From an uncultured Mizugakiibacter sp. (GTDB lineage: Bacteria > Pseudomonadota > Gammaproteobacteria > Xanthomonadales > Rhodanobacteraceae), in the NCBI GenBank assembly GCA_964404785.1, contig CAYOLM010000001.1:1-33313 (forward strand): DNA of 33,313 bases, given 5' to 3'. Under the pieces are notes generated by a model. The model saw nothing but the letters and a program-made list of their open reading frames with translations. It did no database searches and had not been told where the DNA came from. Positions 21,776-31,900 of the stretch are shown here, piece after piece (within the stretch, counting starts at the first letter, position 1; each line of letters starts with the position of its first letter). The position numbers were made by a program, and so were the translations under genes.

Positions 21776-21804
21776 ATGTTAGGCGGGTAGCTTGGCACTG
21801 TCAA
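21776..21804 (-). promoter_or_regulatory. Sigma70-type promoter for the S-layer-like gene
   Basis: Minus strand reads TTGACA-17 nt-TAACAT, about 100 nt upstream of the ATG. Confidence 0.8.
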
Positions 21805-21902
21805 ATACCCATTGTGGGGATACGTCGTCTTGGCATGGTAATCTATCTCGATAGGCATACAGGTCTTTGATTTAGCTACTGAAACAACAGCATATTGGTG
21901 GC

Positions 21903-24053
21903 TCATGGTCTGAACCCCGGAAAACGTTTGCGCAAGGCATGGGTGATAGCTTCGACCTGACCAGGCTGGCTGAGAATGTAGGGGGTAATGAGTGCCAGCA
22001 GTTCAGTGCGGGTAGTGGCTTGACTGTGGTTGCGAAACAAGCTACCCAGCCAGGGAATATCTTGCAACACAGGGACGCCGGTATTGCTGCTATTACGGTT
22101 CTGGCTGATTAGACCGCCCAACACGATGGTGTCGCCATTGGGGGCTTCGAGGGTGGTCTCCAGCAAACGCTTATCAATGGTGGGGGTGCTGTTCACCCCG
22201 GTTACGGTTTTGGCCGCGTTGCTGACCTCAACCTTGATCTTCATATTGATAAGATTCTGGCCGAGAATCACCGGCGCCACCGACATGATAATGCCGGTGT
22301 CGAGATACTGAATGGTTTGCAGCACCCCGGTAGTGCCGTTCACAGCAACATTGGCGCTTTGTTGTGAGGTAATCACCGGCACCGAGTTGCCAATATTGAT
22401 GTTAGCAATGGCTCCATTCAGCACCATAATCCGCGGCGTGGAGAGGATACGAGCCTGATTATTGGTGGCCAGGGCCTCGATCAGGGCACGGGTAGCGCCG
22501 CTGTTATTGAGTACGGCAAAATTGAGGCCAGAGCTGGTGGGCACGCCGAGTCCGCCGAGCGTGCCCCCACGAATAATGCTGCTGCCCAGCTTGGCCTGCG
22601 CCAGAGCCCAGGCCACCCCAGTTTGTTGAGTCTTACCCAGGGTGATTTCGGCGATGGTGACCTGCACCAGAATCTGCCGCTGCGGCTGGTCAAGTTCTTG
22701 TAGCAAGCGGCGTAGTTGTCGAAATTTCTCAGCACTACCGCGAAAGATGATGCTGTTGGTGGCCACATTGACGACAATATTACGGCCAAACACAGCGCTT
22801 TGTTGAGCTTTGCTGTTCTTGACCGCGGCCTTGCCATTGGCTGCCCCTACTGACGAGACGGGACTCTGCGGGCCTAAGCCTAAAAGGGGTTTTTTCGCGG
22901 TCTCATTCTCCCCACTGAAAAACCGGCTGACAATGCGTGCCAGGGTGGTGGCGTTGGCATGTTGCACGCGATAGACGAACAAGCCCTGATTGCCGTTAGT
23001 TTGCGCGGGAATATCAATTTTTTGCACCCAGGCGACGGCATGGGCCAGCAGAGTCTGGGTGGCACTGAGTAGAATCAGGCTGTTTGAGGAGGGTACCGGG
23101 ATAACGCTGAGCACGCTCGGACTACCGACCGCATAGCCCTCGGCAAGGAGGATCTGTTTTAAGCGTGCTGCGGCATCTTTAGCATGCAGGTAGACCAACT
23201 GTACCAGTCGGCCCTGGGCACCGCGTAAGGCCGGTCGATCGAGCAGATGAATAATACGCAGGGCACTTTTAACCACCGGCTGCTGACCGTAAAGCAAAAT
23301 GGCGTTAGTACGCCGTAAGCCCGACAGAAAGATGCGCCGTCCGAACAGGGCACTGAGGGTATTGTAGATATTGCCAAAATTCGCCGTCGTCAGCGGTACG
23401 TATTGAAACAGCGGGCGCAGGTTATCAGGCGTGGTAGCCGAGTCACGCAGGCGCAGAAAATTGGGCGGCAGTTTGGCCACCTTGGTGTCGAGCAACACCC
23501 GATACAGATGACCTTGTTGCACCAAAGCCAAGCCGTAGCTTTGTAGTATGGCACGGGTGATGGCGAGTAGATTGGTGCGGGTTACCGGTTTGCTGAGGCG
23601 CAGATTGACCTGTTGCGTGGCATTGATCGCATTGGGATCGATGTACAGATTGAGCTTGAGCATTTGCCCCAATACATATTGTACAAAGTCCCGCAGGGGC
23701 ATCTTATTGAAGCTGAGGTTGAAGCGCTCGGGCTGGCCACCGCTGGGGGGGATTTTACTGACCTGATAATGGGCCGATGCGTGTGGCACAGCGGGGGTTA
23801 ACGATACTTTGGTCAGTGCAGTGGCGGTCGAGCCAGACCGAAGCTGTTCGCTGACCGGTTGGGCATGTCGCGTGCCCACCGCCAGGGGGGCTGGCCAGCG
23901 CACCGGAGGATTGGCCGCACAGCCTGCCACCGTCAGGGTTAAGGCAGCAATCCCCAGCCATTGACGCAGCTTTCCACGCTTCAAGTGCGGAAATCTTTGG
24001 TGATCAGTTGGTAGCAAGTCTTTCACCCCGGGGAAGACGCGAGAGACTACCAT
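21903..24053 (-). CDS. gspD: Type II secretion secretin, probably a lipoprotein
   Basis: N0/N-repeat domains, LDQPQRQILVQVTIAE, ILSTPRI, IVLGGLI and GVPVLQDIPWLGSLF; VAG|C lipobox. The exact start is uncertain. Confidence 0.94.
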   Translation of the reverse strand: MVVSRVFPGVKDLLPTDHQRFPHLKRGKLRQWLGIAALTLTVAGCAANPPVRWPAPLAVGTRHAQPVSEQLRSGSTATALTKVSLTPAVPHASAHYQVSKIPPSGGQPERFNLSFNKMPLRDFVQYVLGQMLKLNLYIDPNAINATQQVNLRLSKPVTRTNLLAITRAILQSYGLALVQQGHLYRVLLDTKVAKLPPNFLRLRDSATTPDNLRPLFQYVPLTTANFGNIYNTLSALFGRRIFLSGLRRTNAILLYGQQPVVKSALRIIHLLDRPALRGAQGRLVQLVYLHAKDAAARLKQILLAEGYAVGSPSVLSVIPVPSSNSLILLSATQTLLAHAVAWVQKIDIPAQTNGNQGLFVYRVQHANATTLARIVSRFFSGENETAKKPLLGLGPQSPVSSVGAANGKAAVKNSKAQQSAVFGRNIVVNVATNSIIFRGSAEKFRQLRRLLQELDQPQRQILVQVTIAEITLGKTQQTGVAWALAQAKLGSSIIRGGTLGGLGVPTSSGLNFAVLNNSGATRALIEALATNNQARILSTPRIMVLNGAIANINIGNSVPVITSQQSANVAVNGTTGVLQTIQYLDTGIIMSVAPVILGQNLINMKIKVEVSNAAKTVTGVNSTPTIDKRLLETTLEAPNGDTIVLGGLISQNRNSSNTGVPVLQDIPWLGSLFRNHSQATTRTELLALITPYILSQPGQVEAITHALRKRFPGFRP

Positions 24054-24189
24054 CGGCCTAGTCTATTGTCACCTTGCAATACTTGGGATATCCGTACGAA
24101 ATATTCATTTAGTTGTTAATTATTTCGCAGCTTTTCCTACTCCATCACAGCAGCAAACGATGGCCACTGGCGTTACCCTGACCGCACGT

Positions 24190-24653
24190 TGGATCCCGGT
24201 TGAGGCCTGCTCGAACGGTGCTGCCAGACCGTGGATCCCGGGTCTGCGCCCGGGATGACGGAAAAAGCATTGCGCGTCGCCCGGGATGACGGAAAAAGCA
24301 TTGCGCTACGCCCGGAATGACAGGAAAAGCATTGCGCGTCGCCCGGGATGACGAACCTTTTTTGTCATTCCCGCGTAGGCGGGAATCCACCCGGCCCGGA
24401 ACGCGTTGGAGGCCTGCTCGGACGCTACCGCTAGACCGTGGATCCCGGGTCTGCGCCCGGGATGACAAGACAAGGGCACCGCGAACTACGGCGATGGACA
24501 AGCTGCCGTCGCCCCATTTGTCATTCCCGCGTAGGCGGGAATCCACCCGGCCCGGAACGCGTTGGAGGCCCGCTCGGACGTTTCCGCCAGACCGTGGATC
24601 TCGGGTCTGCGCCCGGAATGACAGGAAAAGCATTGCGCGTCGCCCGGGATGAT
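24190..24653. repeat. REP/BIME-like palindromic repeat cluster 3 with an internal 31-bp tandem repeat
   Basis: A units at 24232-24259, 24439-24466 and 24595-24622; B units gtcattcccgcgtaggcgggaatcca at 24364-24389 and 24520-24545 (156-bp period); three 31-bp units at 24247-24339. Confidence 0.92.
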
Positions 24654-24658
24654 GAGTG

Positions 24659-25177
24659 TCAGGATTCCGCGGCAGGCGCTACAAGCTTGGGCGCAGTGAG
24701 GTGTTTGGCTTGAAATGGAAACAGATGAATCGTTTGTGGCTTACCGGTATGGCCTTTGGCGGGGGCCAGGGTGACATCGGCACCCTGGATCGCGGTGATC
24801 CGTCGACCGTCAGGTAAAGTCTCCCCCACCCGGAACGTTTGCAGGTGGCCTTTGGGTAGAAGTATCAGCACACCGGCAAGCCCGTGCTCAGGTTGCACGA
24901 TACCCAGAATTTTTGCATTAGGGCTAATTTTTTTGGCTGCCGCAAATTGCGCAGAACCCACCTTGCCCACCGCCTGCCAGCCCTGCCTTTTAGCCAACCG
25001 CGTGGCCAATGCCTGGGGGTCAGGCGGCCGTTGGATGCTGGGCAACTGCCAGCTTGCATGCCGGGTACTGGTGACAGGCGCTGGCGTCTTCGGTAGGGGT
25101 AGCAGCCAAAACAACCAGGCAATGAAAGCCGCGAGCAGGGCGTAGAGGAGATACCGGGAGGTGGCGATGTTGTTCAT
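24659..25177 (-). CDS. GspC/PilP-like T2SS accessory protein
   Basis: N-terminal TM, Pro-rich linker, HR-like domain (ILGIV...FRVGETLPDGRRITAI); lies upstream of gspD. Confidence 0.62.
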   Translation of the reverse strand: MNNIATSRYLLYALLAAFIAWLFWLLPLPKTPAPVTSTRHASWQLPSIQRPPDPQALATRLAKRQGWQAVGKVGSAQFAAAKKISPNAKILGIVQPEHGLAGVLILLPKGHLQTFRVGETLPDGRRITAIQGADVTLAPAKGHTGKPQTIHLFPFQAKHLTAPKLVAPAAES

Positions 25178-25303
25178 GTCTTAGCAACCCGTCGAACCAA
25201 GGGAGAATCTAGGGCGGAAGTGAAAAATTGGCTCATTTTTTTGCTCTTTATCGTGAAATAGAACCACAATTTTCCTCCTGTCTCGCTATGCTTCCCTATC
25301 TGC

Positions 25304-25855
25304 CTAGGGCCGAAAATAAAATATCAGTCCCAAGCTAGCGCGGGCTCTTGGCTGATTGGAAAATTGCAAATCCTCAATGACTATCTGTGGATTTTGCTTT
25401 AACAGCTTGGCTAACAAACCTGGAAATTTTGCTGCGTTAAATATAAAACTGAGCCGGGCCTTCACCCAGCGTATTTTCAAGCCCTTAATGGCCTGCAGAT
25501 TACCTACCCGCACCACAGGAGAGGTCAATTGCAGTCGGCGAACCAGCAAATTGAGGCGATCCTGTACCGTTGCTTGGGCCACGGCGGGAGTAGGTGCCCG
25601 CCAAAGACGCCCCTGAAGCTGGGCCAGCACACTACTCACTGCCTTGTCACGACCTGGCCATTGGGTCTGTCGGGTAATGAGTAGCAAACGTTCACGGTTA
25701 GCCTGGAGCTGGCCGTTCAACTGCGACATCTGGCTGTTGGCGCTACCTAAATTCAGTAATCCATTCAGCAATATCAAGACCAATATGCCCAGTAGCGCAT
25801 GACCCAGCCAGGGATGCCTGCGAATTTGCTGAAATTGTTCGATAAGTGCGTTCAT
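25304..25855 (-). CDS. GspM/PilO-like T2SS protein
   Basis: Single TM, coiled coil and a ferredoxin-like C-terminal pattern (AQATVQDRL...PQIVIEDLQF); ATGA overlap with the upstream gene. Confidence 0.68.
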   Translation of the reverse strand: MNALIEQFQQIRRHPWLGHALLGILVLILLNGLLNLGSANSQMSQLNGQLQANRERLLLITRQTQWPGRDKAVSSVLAQLQGRLWRAPTPAVAQATVQDRLNLLVRRLQLTSPVVRVGNLQAIKGLKIRWVKARLSFIFNAAKFPGLLAKLLKQNPQIVIEDLQFSNQPRARASLGLIFYFRP

Positions 25856-26931
25856 TGCAGGCGGATGTGCAGCTCAAGTTGGCCACGGCGGGCATCAGCG
25901 GGGCTGACCAGGGCGACAAAGGGTAAGACCTGTATTCTGGATACGATTTGGGCCACGTTGAGTAGATTTCGTTTTGAGAATTTAACAATGATCAGCTGTG
26001 ACTGCTGTTGGTAAGATTGGATGGTGACGCCTGCGGGCATCACTCGCAGCAGCGCATTCATGATAAGTAGCGGGCTGGGCTGGGCTAAACGCTGCTGAAT
26101 AGCCCGCACCTCGACAAGTTTGCGCTCGGCGCGAGTGCGGGCAGTGAGCAGGATTTGCCCTTGGCTGCGTAATTGCTGAACAGAGCCTTGCAGTGATTGC
26201 TGAGCTTGTTGATATTTTAGATATTGCTCCCCCTGCCACAAGCCCAGCACCCCCAGCAGTAGAAAGATCGCAATCCATAGCTGGCCACTGTGCTCGCGGA
26301 GTTTACCCAGCCGATTGCCGGCAATTCTGGCAAAGGGCCGAGCAAGCCAGGGCGCCGGTTCTGGTTGCGGCTGCGGCACAACTTCGGCTTCGGGGGCACC
26401 TACCTGACGGGCAAAATGATGCCATTCTGCAGCAGAGGGGGGCTGTGCCCAATACCGGCTGGCCTGCAGCTCACCCTCGCGCCAGACCTGCGCTTCATAG
26501 CCCCGCTCAAGCTTCCACAGGCGTAGCCCTGCCGACAGGGCTGGATGAAACAGGGTTTCTGGAAGTAGTTGTTCACGCCGGCCCTTAGCTACATGGCTGC
26601 TATCCCAAAACCATACCTGGGCCGTTCCGCCCCGCCAGATCGCGGTATAGCCGGTCTGCACGTAAGGGCTGCCCGCCTGCACGCGAAGTAGCAGCGCTTT
26701 ACTACGCTGGGTATGAGACATGCCCTCACGAAAATCCATGTATTCGTAATGGATAAGATCGCGGGATAATAAAATCTGCCGGCCCAACAAGCCCTTCTGG
26801 ATGACCCGATCCCCCGTCGGACTACGGAGCAAACGGGTTGGCTGCAGGGGCATTGACCGGAGAAATGACAGGAAGCGGTGTTGTTTTAGGCGATCCAGAA
26901 ACGCCGGCATTGTAGTATCCAATGGATGCAA
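25852..26931 (-). CDS. GspL/PilN-like T2SS protein
   Basis: Cytoplasmic domain (LLPETL, GYEAQVW, SRYW), one TM, coiled coil and periplasmic domain; lies between K and M. The true start may be the ATG at 26910 or 26853. Confidence 0.68.
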   Translation of the reverse strand: MHPLDTTMPAFLDRLKQHRFLSFLRSMPLQPTRLLRSPTGDRVIQKGLLGRQILLSRDLIHYEYMDFREGMSHTQRSKALLLRVQAGSPYVQTGYTAIWRGGTAQVWFWDSSHVAKGRREQLLPETLFHPALSAGLRLWKLERGYEAQVWREGELQASRYWAQPPSAAEWHHFARQVGAPEAEVVPQPQPEPAPWLARPFARIAGNRLGKLREHSGQLWIAIFLLLGVLGLWQGEQYLKYQQAQQSLQGSVQQLRSQGQILLTARTRAERKLVEVRAIQQRLAQPSPLLIMNALLRVMPAGVTIQSYQQQSQLIIVKFSKRNLLNVAQIVSRIQVLPFVALVSPADARRGQLELHIRLQ

Positions 26932-27832
26932 GATTCCAAGGGGCGATATTGCTCAAGGGCGTTAATACGATATTGTACTGCACACGGGGATGCGAACAAG
27001 CGCATGCAAGTGTCAGTCGGTAGTATTTTGAGGGGAATGGAAATATCAGATATTGCATCTGCAGGGTATCCAAACCGGTGATTTGAGACATGACATCCAG
27101 CGTTATGGGTTGATGTAGGCGATAGGTAATCAATGCCTGGGCCATTTTGCTGTCTACCCACGGCAGCGTTGCCAGTACCGGTGCCGTGGCCGCATTGGGG
27201 TTTAAGCCGGTTACCATCGCCGTGGTCAGTTGTCGCTGGAAGCGATCATCTTTCCATAGTTGCTTTTGCGTGGCCCAGCCGTAGATATTTCTTAGTTCAG
27301 CCACGCTATACAATGGCCGATGCGCCGGAGGTGGCAGCGCTGCTGCAGAATATTGGGTCGTGTCAGCGTGAGCCAGAAAACCGCTTTGTGGGGCTGCGAT
27401 GTACTTGCTCAACGCTGCATAAAGTGCTGGCTGAACACTTTCCGGAACCCCAAATTCTGTCAGCAGATGCTCAATCTGGCTTTGCCGTGGAAAGCGTAGG
27501 CTGACCAGACCCCGCTGGTCGTTGAGCTGATACGTCACTTTACCATCCCGGTACCGATGACCGTCTACCCGTGTCGTATGTGGCGGGGTGCCGATGCCAT
27601 ATGGGGTACGTCTAACTACGGCCAGGTGGTAGAGCATGGAGTTCAGGGAGGAGTGCATAGCAAGACTTATTTGGCTGCGCTGCTGGGCCTTGGCGACTAG
27701 GCCCATAGCTATTCTAACTTTGCTACTGAAAAAACCGACAGCCAGGGTGATGACCACGATGAAAACCAGGGTGATGATGAGTACATAGCCGCTTTGGCGG
27801 CTAACCGGGCTTGGGCGGCGGTGCTGATTCAT
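26822..27832 (-). CDS. gspK: Minor pseudopilin GspK
   Basis: QSG|YVLIITL (no E5, as is typical of GspK), DQRGLVSL, SVAELRNIYG and LNPNAATAPVLATLP helix-hairpin-helix. Confidence 0.85.
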   Translation of the reverse strand: MNQHRRPSPVSRQSGYVLIITLVFIVVITLAVGFFSSKVRIAMGLVAKAQQRSQISLAMHSSLNSMLYHLAVVRRTPYGIGTPPHTTRVDGHRYRDGKVTYQLNDQRGLVSLRFPRQSQIEHLLTEFGVPESVQPALYAALSKYIAAPQSGFLAHADTTQYSAAALPPPAHRPLYSVAELRNIYGWATQKQLWKDDRFQRQLTTAMVTGLNPNAATAPVLATLPWVDSKMAQALITYRLHQPITLDVMSQITGLDTLQMQYLIFPFPSKYYRLTLACACSHPRVQYNIVLTPLSNIAPWNLASIGYYNAGVSGSPKTTPLPVISPVNAPAANPFAP

Positions 27833-28416
27833 GGGGCCAAGTCACCTTGGGCATATTGATATTGGACGAATTGGGGGGCGCTGGGTTGCAAGGGTGAGGC
27901 AGCCCAAACCACGGCATCATTATTCCCGATGAGAATAGTCTGAGGCAGTTGCCGATAGCTGCCTGTGGAGGGTGGCCAGGTCTGCTGGCGTTGCCGGTGC
28001 GTATCGAGGTAATAGAAATAACTGCCCGCCGGCAGTTGTAGGATGGGCTGATTGTTGCACGTCAAGGTATCAACTCTAGCGTGGCTAGCGATCCTGCAGG
28101 CCAGCGATGCAACGATGTCTGGCACCCGGCCCGGTACATAGAGGCTCAAGCCCTGTAGCTGGTGCTGAGTACCTTTGAACAGACCGACTTTTTGGGGCGG
28201 CACGGTTACCAAACCACGAATGGCCTCCCGCCACCAAGCAGCGTGCATATCGGCTACGGTAGCCGTGGCAATAACTCGGTTGGAGCGAGTCTGCAAGCGC
28301 CAGATGTAGCTCATCCCCTGCATGATAGTGGTGGTGATGAGCGCAACCAGCACCAAGGTCACCAGCATCTCGATGAGGGTGAAGCCACGGCGTTGGGAGA
28401 TGCGAATACTGATCAT
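27829..28416 (-). CDS. Minor pseudopilin (GspJ-like)
   Basis: RRG|FTLIEMLVTLV prepilin motif and WPP near the C-terminus. The ATG at 28416 avoids overlap with the upstream gene. Confidence 0.78.
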   Translation of the reverse strand: MISIRISQRRGFTLIEMLVTLVLVALITTTIMQGMSYIWRLQTRSNRVIATATVADMHAAWWREAIRGLVTVPPQKVGLFKGTQHQLQGLSLYVPGRVPDIVASLACRIASHARVDTLTCNNQPILQLPAGSYFYYLDTHRQRQQTWPPSTGSYRQLPQTILIGNNDAVVWAASPLQPSAPQFVQYQYAQGDLAP

Positions 28417-28429
28417 CTTGGATGGTGCA

Positions 28430-28888
28430 CTAAATGAAACCGTGCTTATTACTGCGGATCTGGAGATAACCCGCTTGTTTGAAATGAAACTGAAACCAAG
28501 ATTTACCATCCGGTCTGGTGATATGAACAGTAACTTGGTATAAACCGACCTTATAAAGACCTATGCCTACGGAGGAGGCTACCTGGTCGCGGGCTGGCTC
28601 AATCAGAGCACTATTCCAACGGACCCGATATTTTATGAATTTTTGTGTTCCTTGCGGTTTGAGCATCGGGTTCAGGTTGCTCAAATAGGCCAATACATTA
28701 TTCTCGGCCAGGTTTTGTTGTGCGTGGGCTTGCAAACGGCCGATAGAAATGAGGTTGACATTGATCCAGTTGTAAACAGCCATGACTGAAATACTAATCA
28801 ATACTAAGGATATAATTGCCTCTAAAAGACCAAACCCACTGGATTTAACAGCCGTGGAACTTACAAAATATTTATTGCCAATTCGCAT
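28430..28888 (-). CDS. Minor pseudopilin (GspI-like)
   Basis: SSG|FGLLEAIISLV prepilin motif, LNPM and LYQVTVHI; first gene of the I-J-K run. Confidence 0.78.
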   Translation of the reverse strand: MRIGNKYFVSSTAVKSSGFGLLEAIISLVLISISVMAVYNWINVNLISIGRLQAHAQQNLAENNVLAYLSNLNPMLKPQGTQKFIKYRVRWNSALIEPARDQVASSVGIGLYKVGLYQVTVHITRPDGKSWFQFHFKQAGYLQIRSNKHGFI

Positions 28889-28987
28889 TATTCTGGGTTG
28901 CTTAATGGGTGGCCAGCTGCACTATACGGCAGGTGGCACGTAGCTCGTGTTGGAATGAACGGAGCTCAACAGGCATGATGGCACCAG

Positions 28988-31900
28988 CTATCCCCTCTCA
29001 GGAAGCCAACTAAGATACGGCTGGGTTTTGCCCAGCACAATACCCAATACCTGGTCGGCGCTTTGCTCCCAACTCTGGTACGCCATGGTCTCTGAACATG
29101 GATAGTTACCCTGATGATATGAGTCCAGCCAGTTTTGCACCGCTTCAGCCAATACGGCAGGTTCGAGACTGTTTGGAAAGTAGCTCGCGTGCTCACCCGC
29201 CACCTCCCGGAACACCGAAATGTCTCGCGCCAGGATCGGTAATCGGTGTTGTGCCGCTTCAATCAACGGCAACCCAAACCCCTCGCCTTCAGAAGCAGCG
29301 AGCAGGCAGGTCGTAGCACAGTATATCTTCCCCAGATATTCGTCACTGACTTCATCGAGCCAAAACAAGCGTTGGCCAAGTTGCGGATGGTTGCGTAATT
29401 TCTGCATGATCGTTGGAATGGTTCCACGCTGCTGCTCAGGTAAGCCTTGCCAACCTTCTTTGCCTACAATGACCAGGTTGGCAGCAACGCCTTGTGCCCA
29501 GACCTGCTCGAACGCAGCCAATACTTGCAAGTGTCCCTTACGTGGTTCGATGGTGCCAACCATCAAAAAACTGGGGTAAGCACTAAGTGCTGCCAAGCGC
29601 TGTGGGGCATCCTCGGGTAACCCCAAAGTCGGAACACTGCGCTCAACATCGGCACCTAGGTGAAACCAATTGAGCTGCAATGGGCGTTCTCGTTGGAGAC
29701 CATGGTCAGCCAACCAGCTGTGGATTTCAGTGGCCACGGCGCGAGAAATACAAGCGATGCCCTGGTAGCGAGTAATTACTGACAACCAGCGCTGGTACTG
29801 GGCTTCGACGCCATCAGGAAAGGCGTGAGGCAAGAGCACTGGCAAGAGGTCGTAGAGCACAAACCATATCTTAACCCCGCGCTGCCGCCAACTGGTCAAA
29901 ACATTTTCCTGAGCGGTAACGACATAGTGCTGCAGATCTAAACCAATAAACACATCTCCCGGCCAAATGTCCACCGGCTCGTCTTCATCCCACTCGTCAT
30001 GGATGCCCAGAAAATGTGCCGTAAAGTGACGAGCATAACGATAGCCGAGGCGATCGATGCTGGCATAAACCGGTTCCACCGTCCAACCCGTCGGGGGCTT
30101 ATTCAACCATTGCTGTAAGAAAGCGCGTACTACCCGCTCAATACCGGTTTTCAGGTCGGTTTGCACCAACGCCGATACATCCACGAGAATCTGTGGCCGG
30201 CGAGGATGCGGCGGATGGTTGTAGGCCAGGGTGGTAGCCAATCGTCCAGACTGGTCCGAAGTCAACGAGGGGTCTGTTGCCGCAATCGCTGACAAGGCTC
30301 CAGGTAGTTGCCGACGGGCTCGCTCGTAAGACCTTTCTATAGCATGAGCATATTTATCGGTGCACTCGCGCGGCGCATGCTGGCGACGTAAATACCTCCA
30401 CCCACGCTGACCCAGTTTGGCTCGCCCATCCACATCTCGCCATAGATTGCTGAGTGCCTCGGAAAGCTCGGCAGTGGTGAACTTGTCGGCCAAGCGCTTG
30501 ACCACATCCTCAGGCAATTCAGCAAGGCTGCCGTGAGCATTGACGATGGTGGGCAAACCATAGTTCAGACAATCGAGTGCCGAGGCCGAGGTCTCCCCAC
30601 GGGAATGAGTGCGCAGTTGCACCGCCGCATCGGCTGCCGCCAGCCACTGACGAAAAGTCTCTGCACCCACCCAACCAGTTATTTTTATACGCTCGCACGC
30701 GGGACTTGCCTCGATTTGGGCCGCCATTTGCGCACCGTATTCGCCCCCATGACGTTCACCAATAAACACCAAGTGACAATGCTTATTGCAACTCAATGGT
30801 GAAGCAAGCCAGGCCTCCAGTAGGCACTGGCTCTGCTTGGTAGGGGCAATCATCCCAAAGCTTGCTACCACGAAATCCGTTTCATTCAAGCCCAGCGCCC
30901 GACGCACCGACTGTCGGTCGGTGGTGGGTGCTGGAGCGCGCAAAAGTGGAATCACCGACCAGTTTTTCGAAGCTCCTTGGCCATACCACTGCTCGGCCAA
31001 TTGGCAACTGTGGTCGGAGTGAACAATCACCCCCAGCGCCTGTTGCAAAACAGGCAGATTGCAGGGATAACGAAATATCACCTCGCTGGTGTCAGCTTCG
31101 GTAAACCGTTCCCGCACTGCCAGCCAACCATGAGCCTGCTGCAGAGTGCGAGCCCATTGCCCCGGAGTTTCACCGTGCATATCGCGATAGGCAACAACCC
31201 CTGAGAGAAAGAAATCATGCAGCACGACCACTCCAGGGTAGCGCTGGAGCAGTCTAAACATATGGCTGTGAAATGGGCTATTACCAAAATGGTAAAGCAG
31301 TCGCTCGAAACGACTGATATTTCTCTCCAACCAGGCCACATCGTGGATAGCGCAAGTGGCGTGAACCCAGGGGTCGGCAACAGTCTTCTGTTCGGTGATA
31401 ACCGTTATTTCATAGTGTCTGGCCAACTCTGGCAAAAGCTCGGCACTATAGTCGGCAATACCGGTTTTTTCTGGTGGTAAGGGTGATATGTAAGCCAGCT
31501 TTGGCCGGCTTGCTAGCCGGGTTGCAGGATTCGCCACCTGCGACTTCTCTGCCAGGGTCGTAACCGCCTGCCAAGCCTGACGTGCGGTTTTATGCCAGGA
31601 AAATTTCTTGGCCTGCCTAAGACCATGTTGTTCAAGGCGAGTACGAAATACCTCATCAGTCAGAATGTGCTCAATTTTGGAACCCATGTCCGCCGGCTCA
31701 GCAGGGTCGAACAGCGCCTCATCCAAGCCCACTACTTCAGGCAAGCTGGAACTATTTGCAGCCAGCACCGCTTTGCCACAGGCCATGGCTTCCAGTATCG
31801 GCAGGCCAAAGCCCTCATGCCATGAAGGAAAGACGAACAAATGCGCTGCGTTATACAAGATAACCAGAACGTCGTCGGGAACAAATCCGGTGAATACAAT

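Noticed and set aside
21694-21906. 70-aa ORF between gspD and the S-layer-like gene
   Set aside because: It spans the promoter and leader and shows no protein features.
24190-24653. CRISPR array
   Set aside because: Intervening sequences are repeated rather than unique, two palindrome types alternate, and no cas genes are present.
24145-24713. ORFs of 162, 111 and 91 aa across the repeat cluster
   Set aside because: They are translations of the palindromes (DSRLRGND, SFPRRRES), typical spurious ORFs.
19044-28888. Type IV pilus or MSHA system instead of a T2SS
   Set aside because: GspG has the pseudopilin Ca-binding loop, GspK is present and no PilT is in the window.
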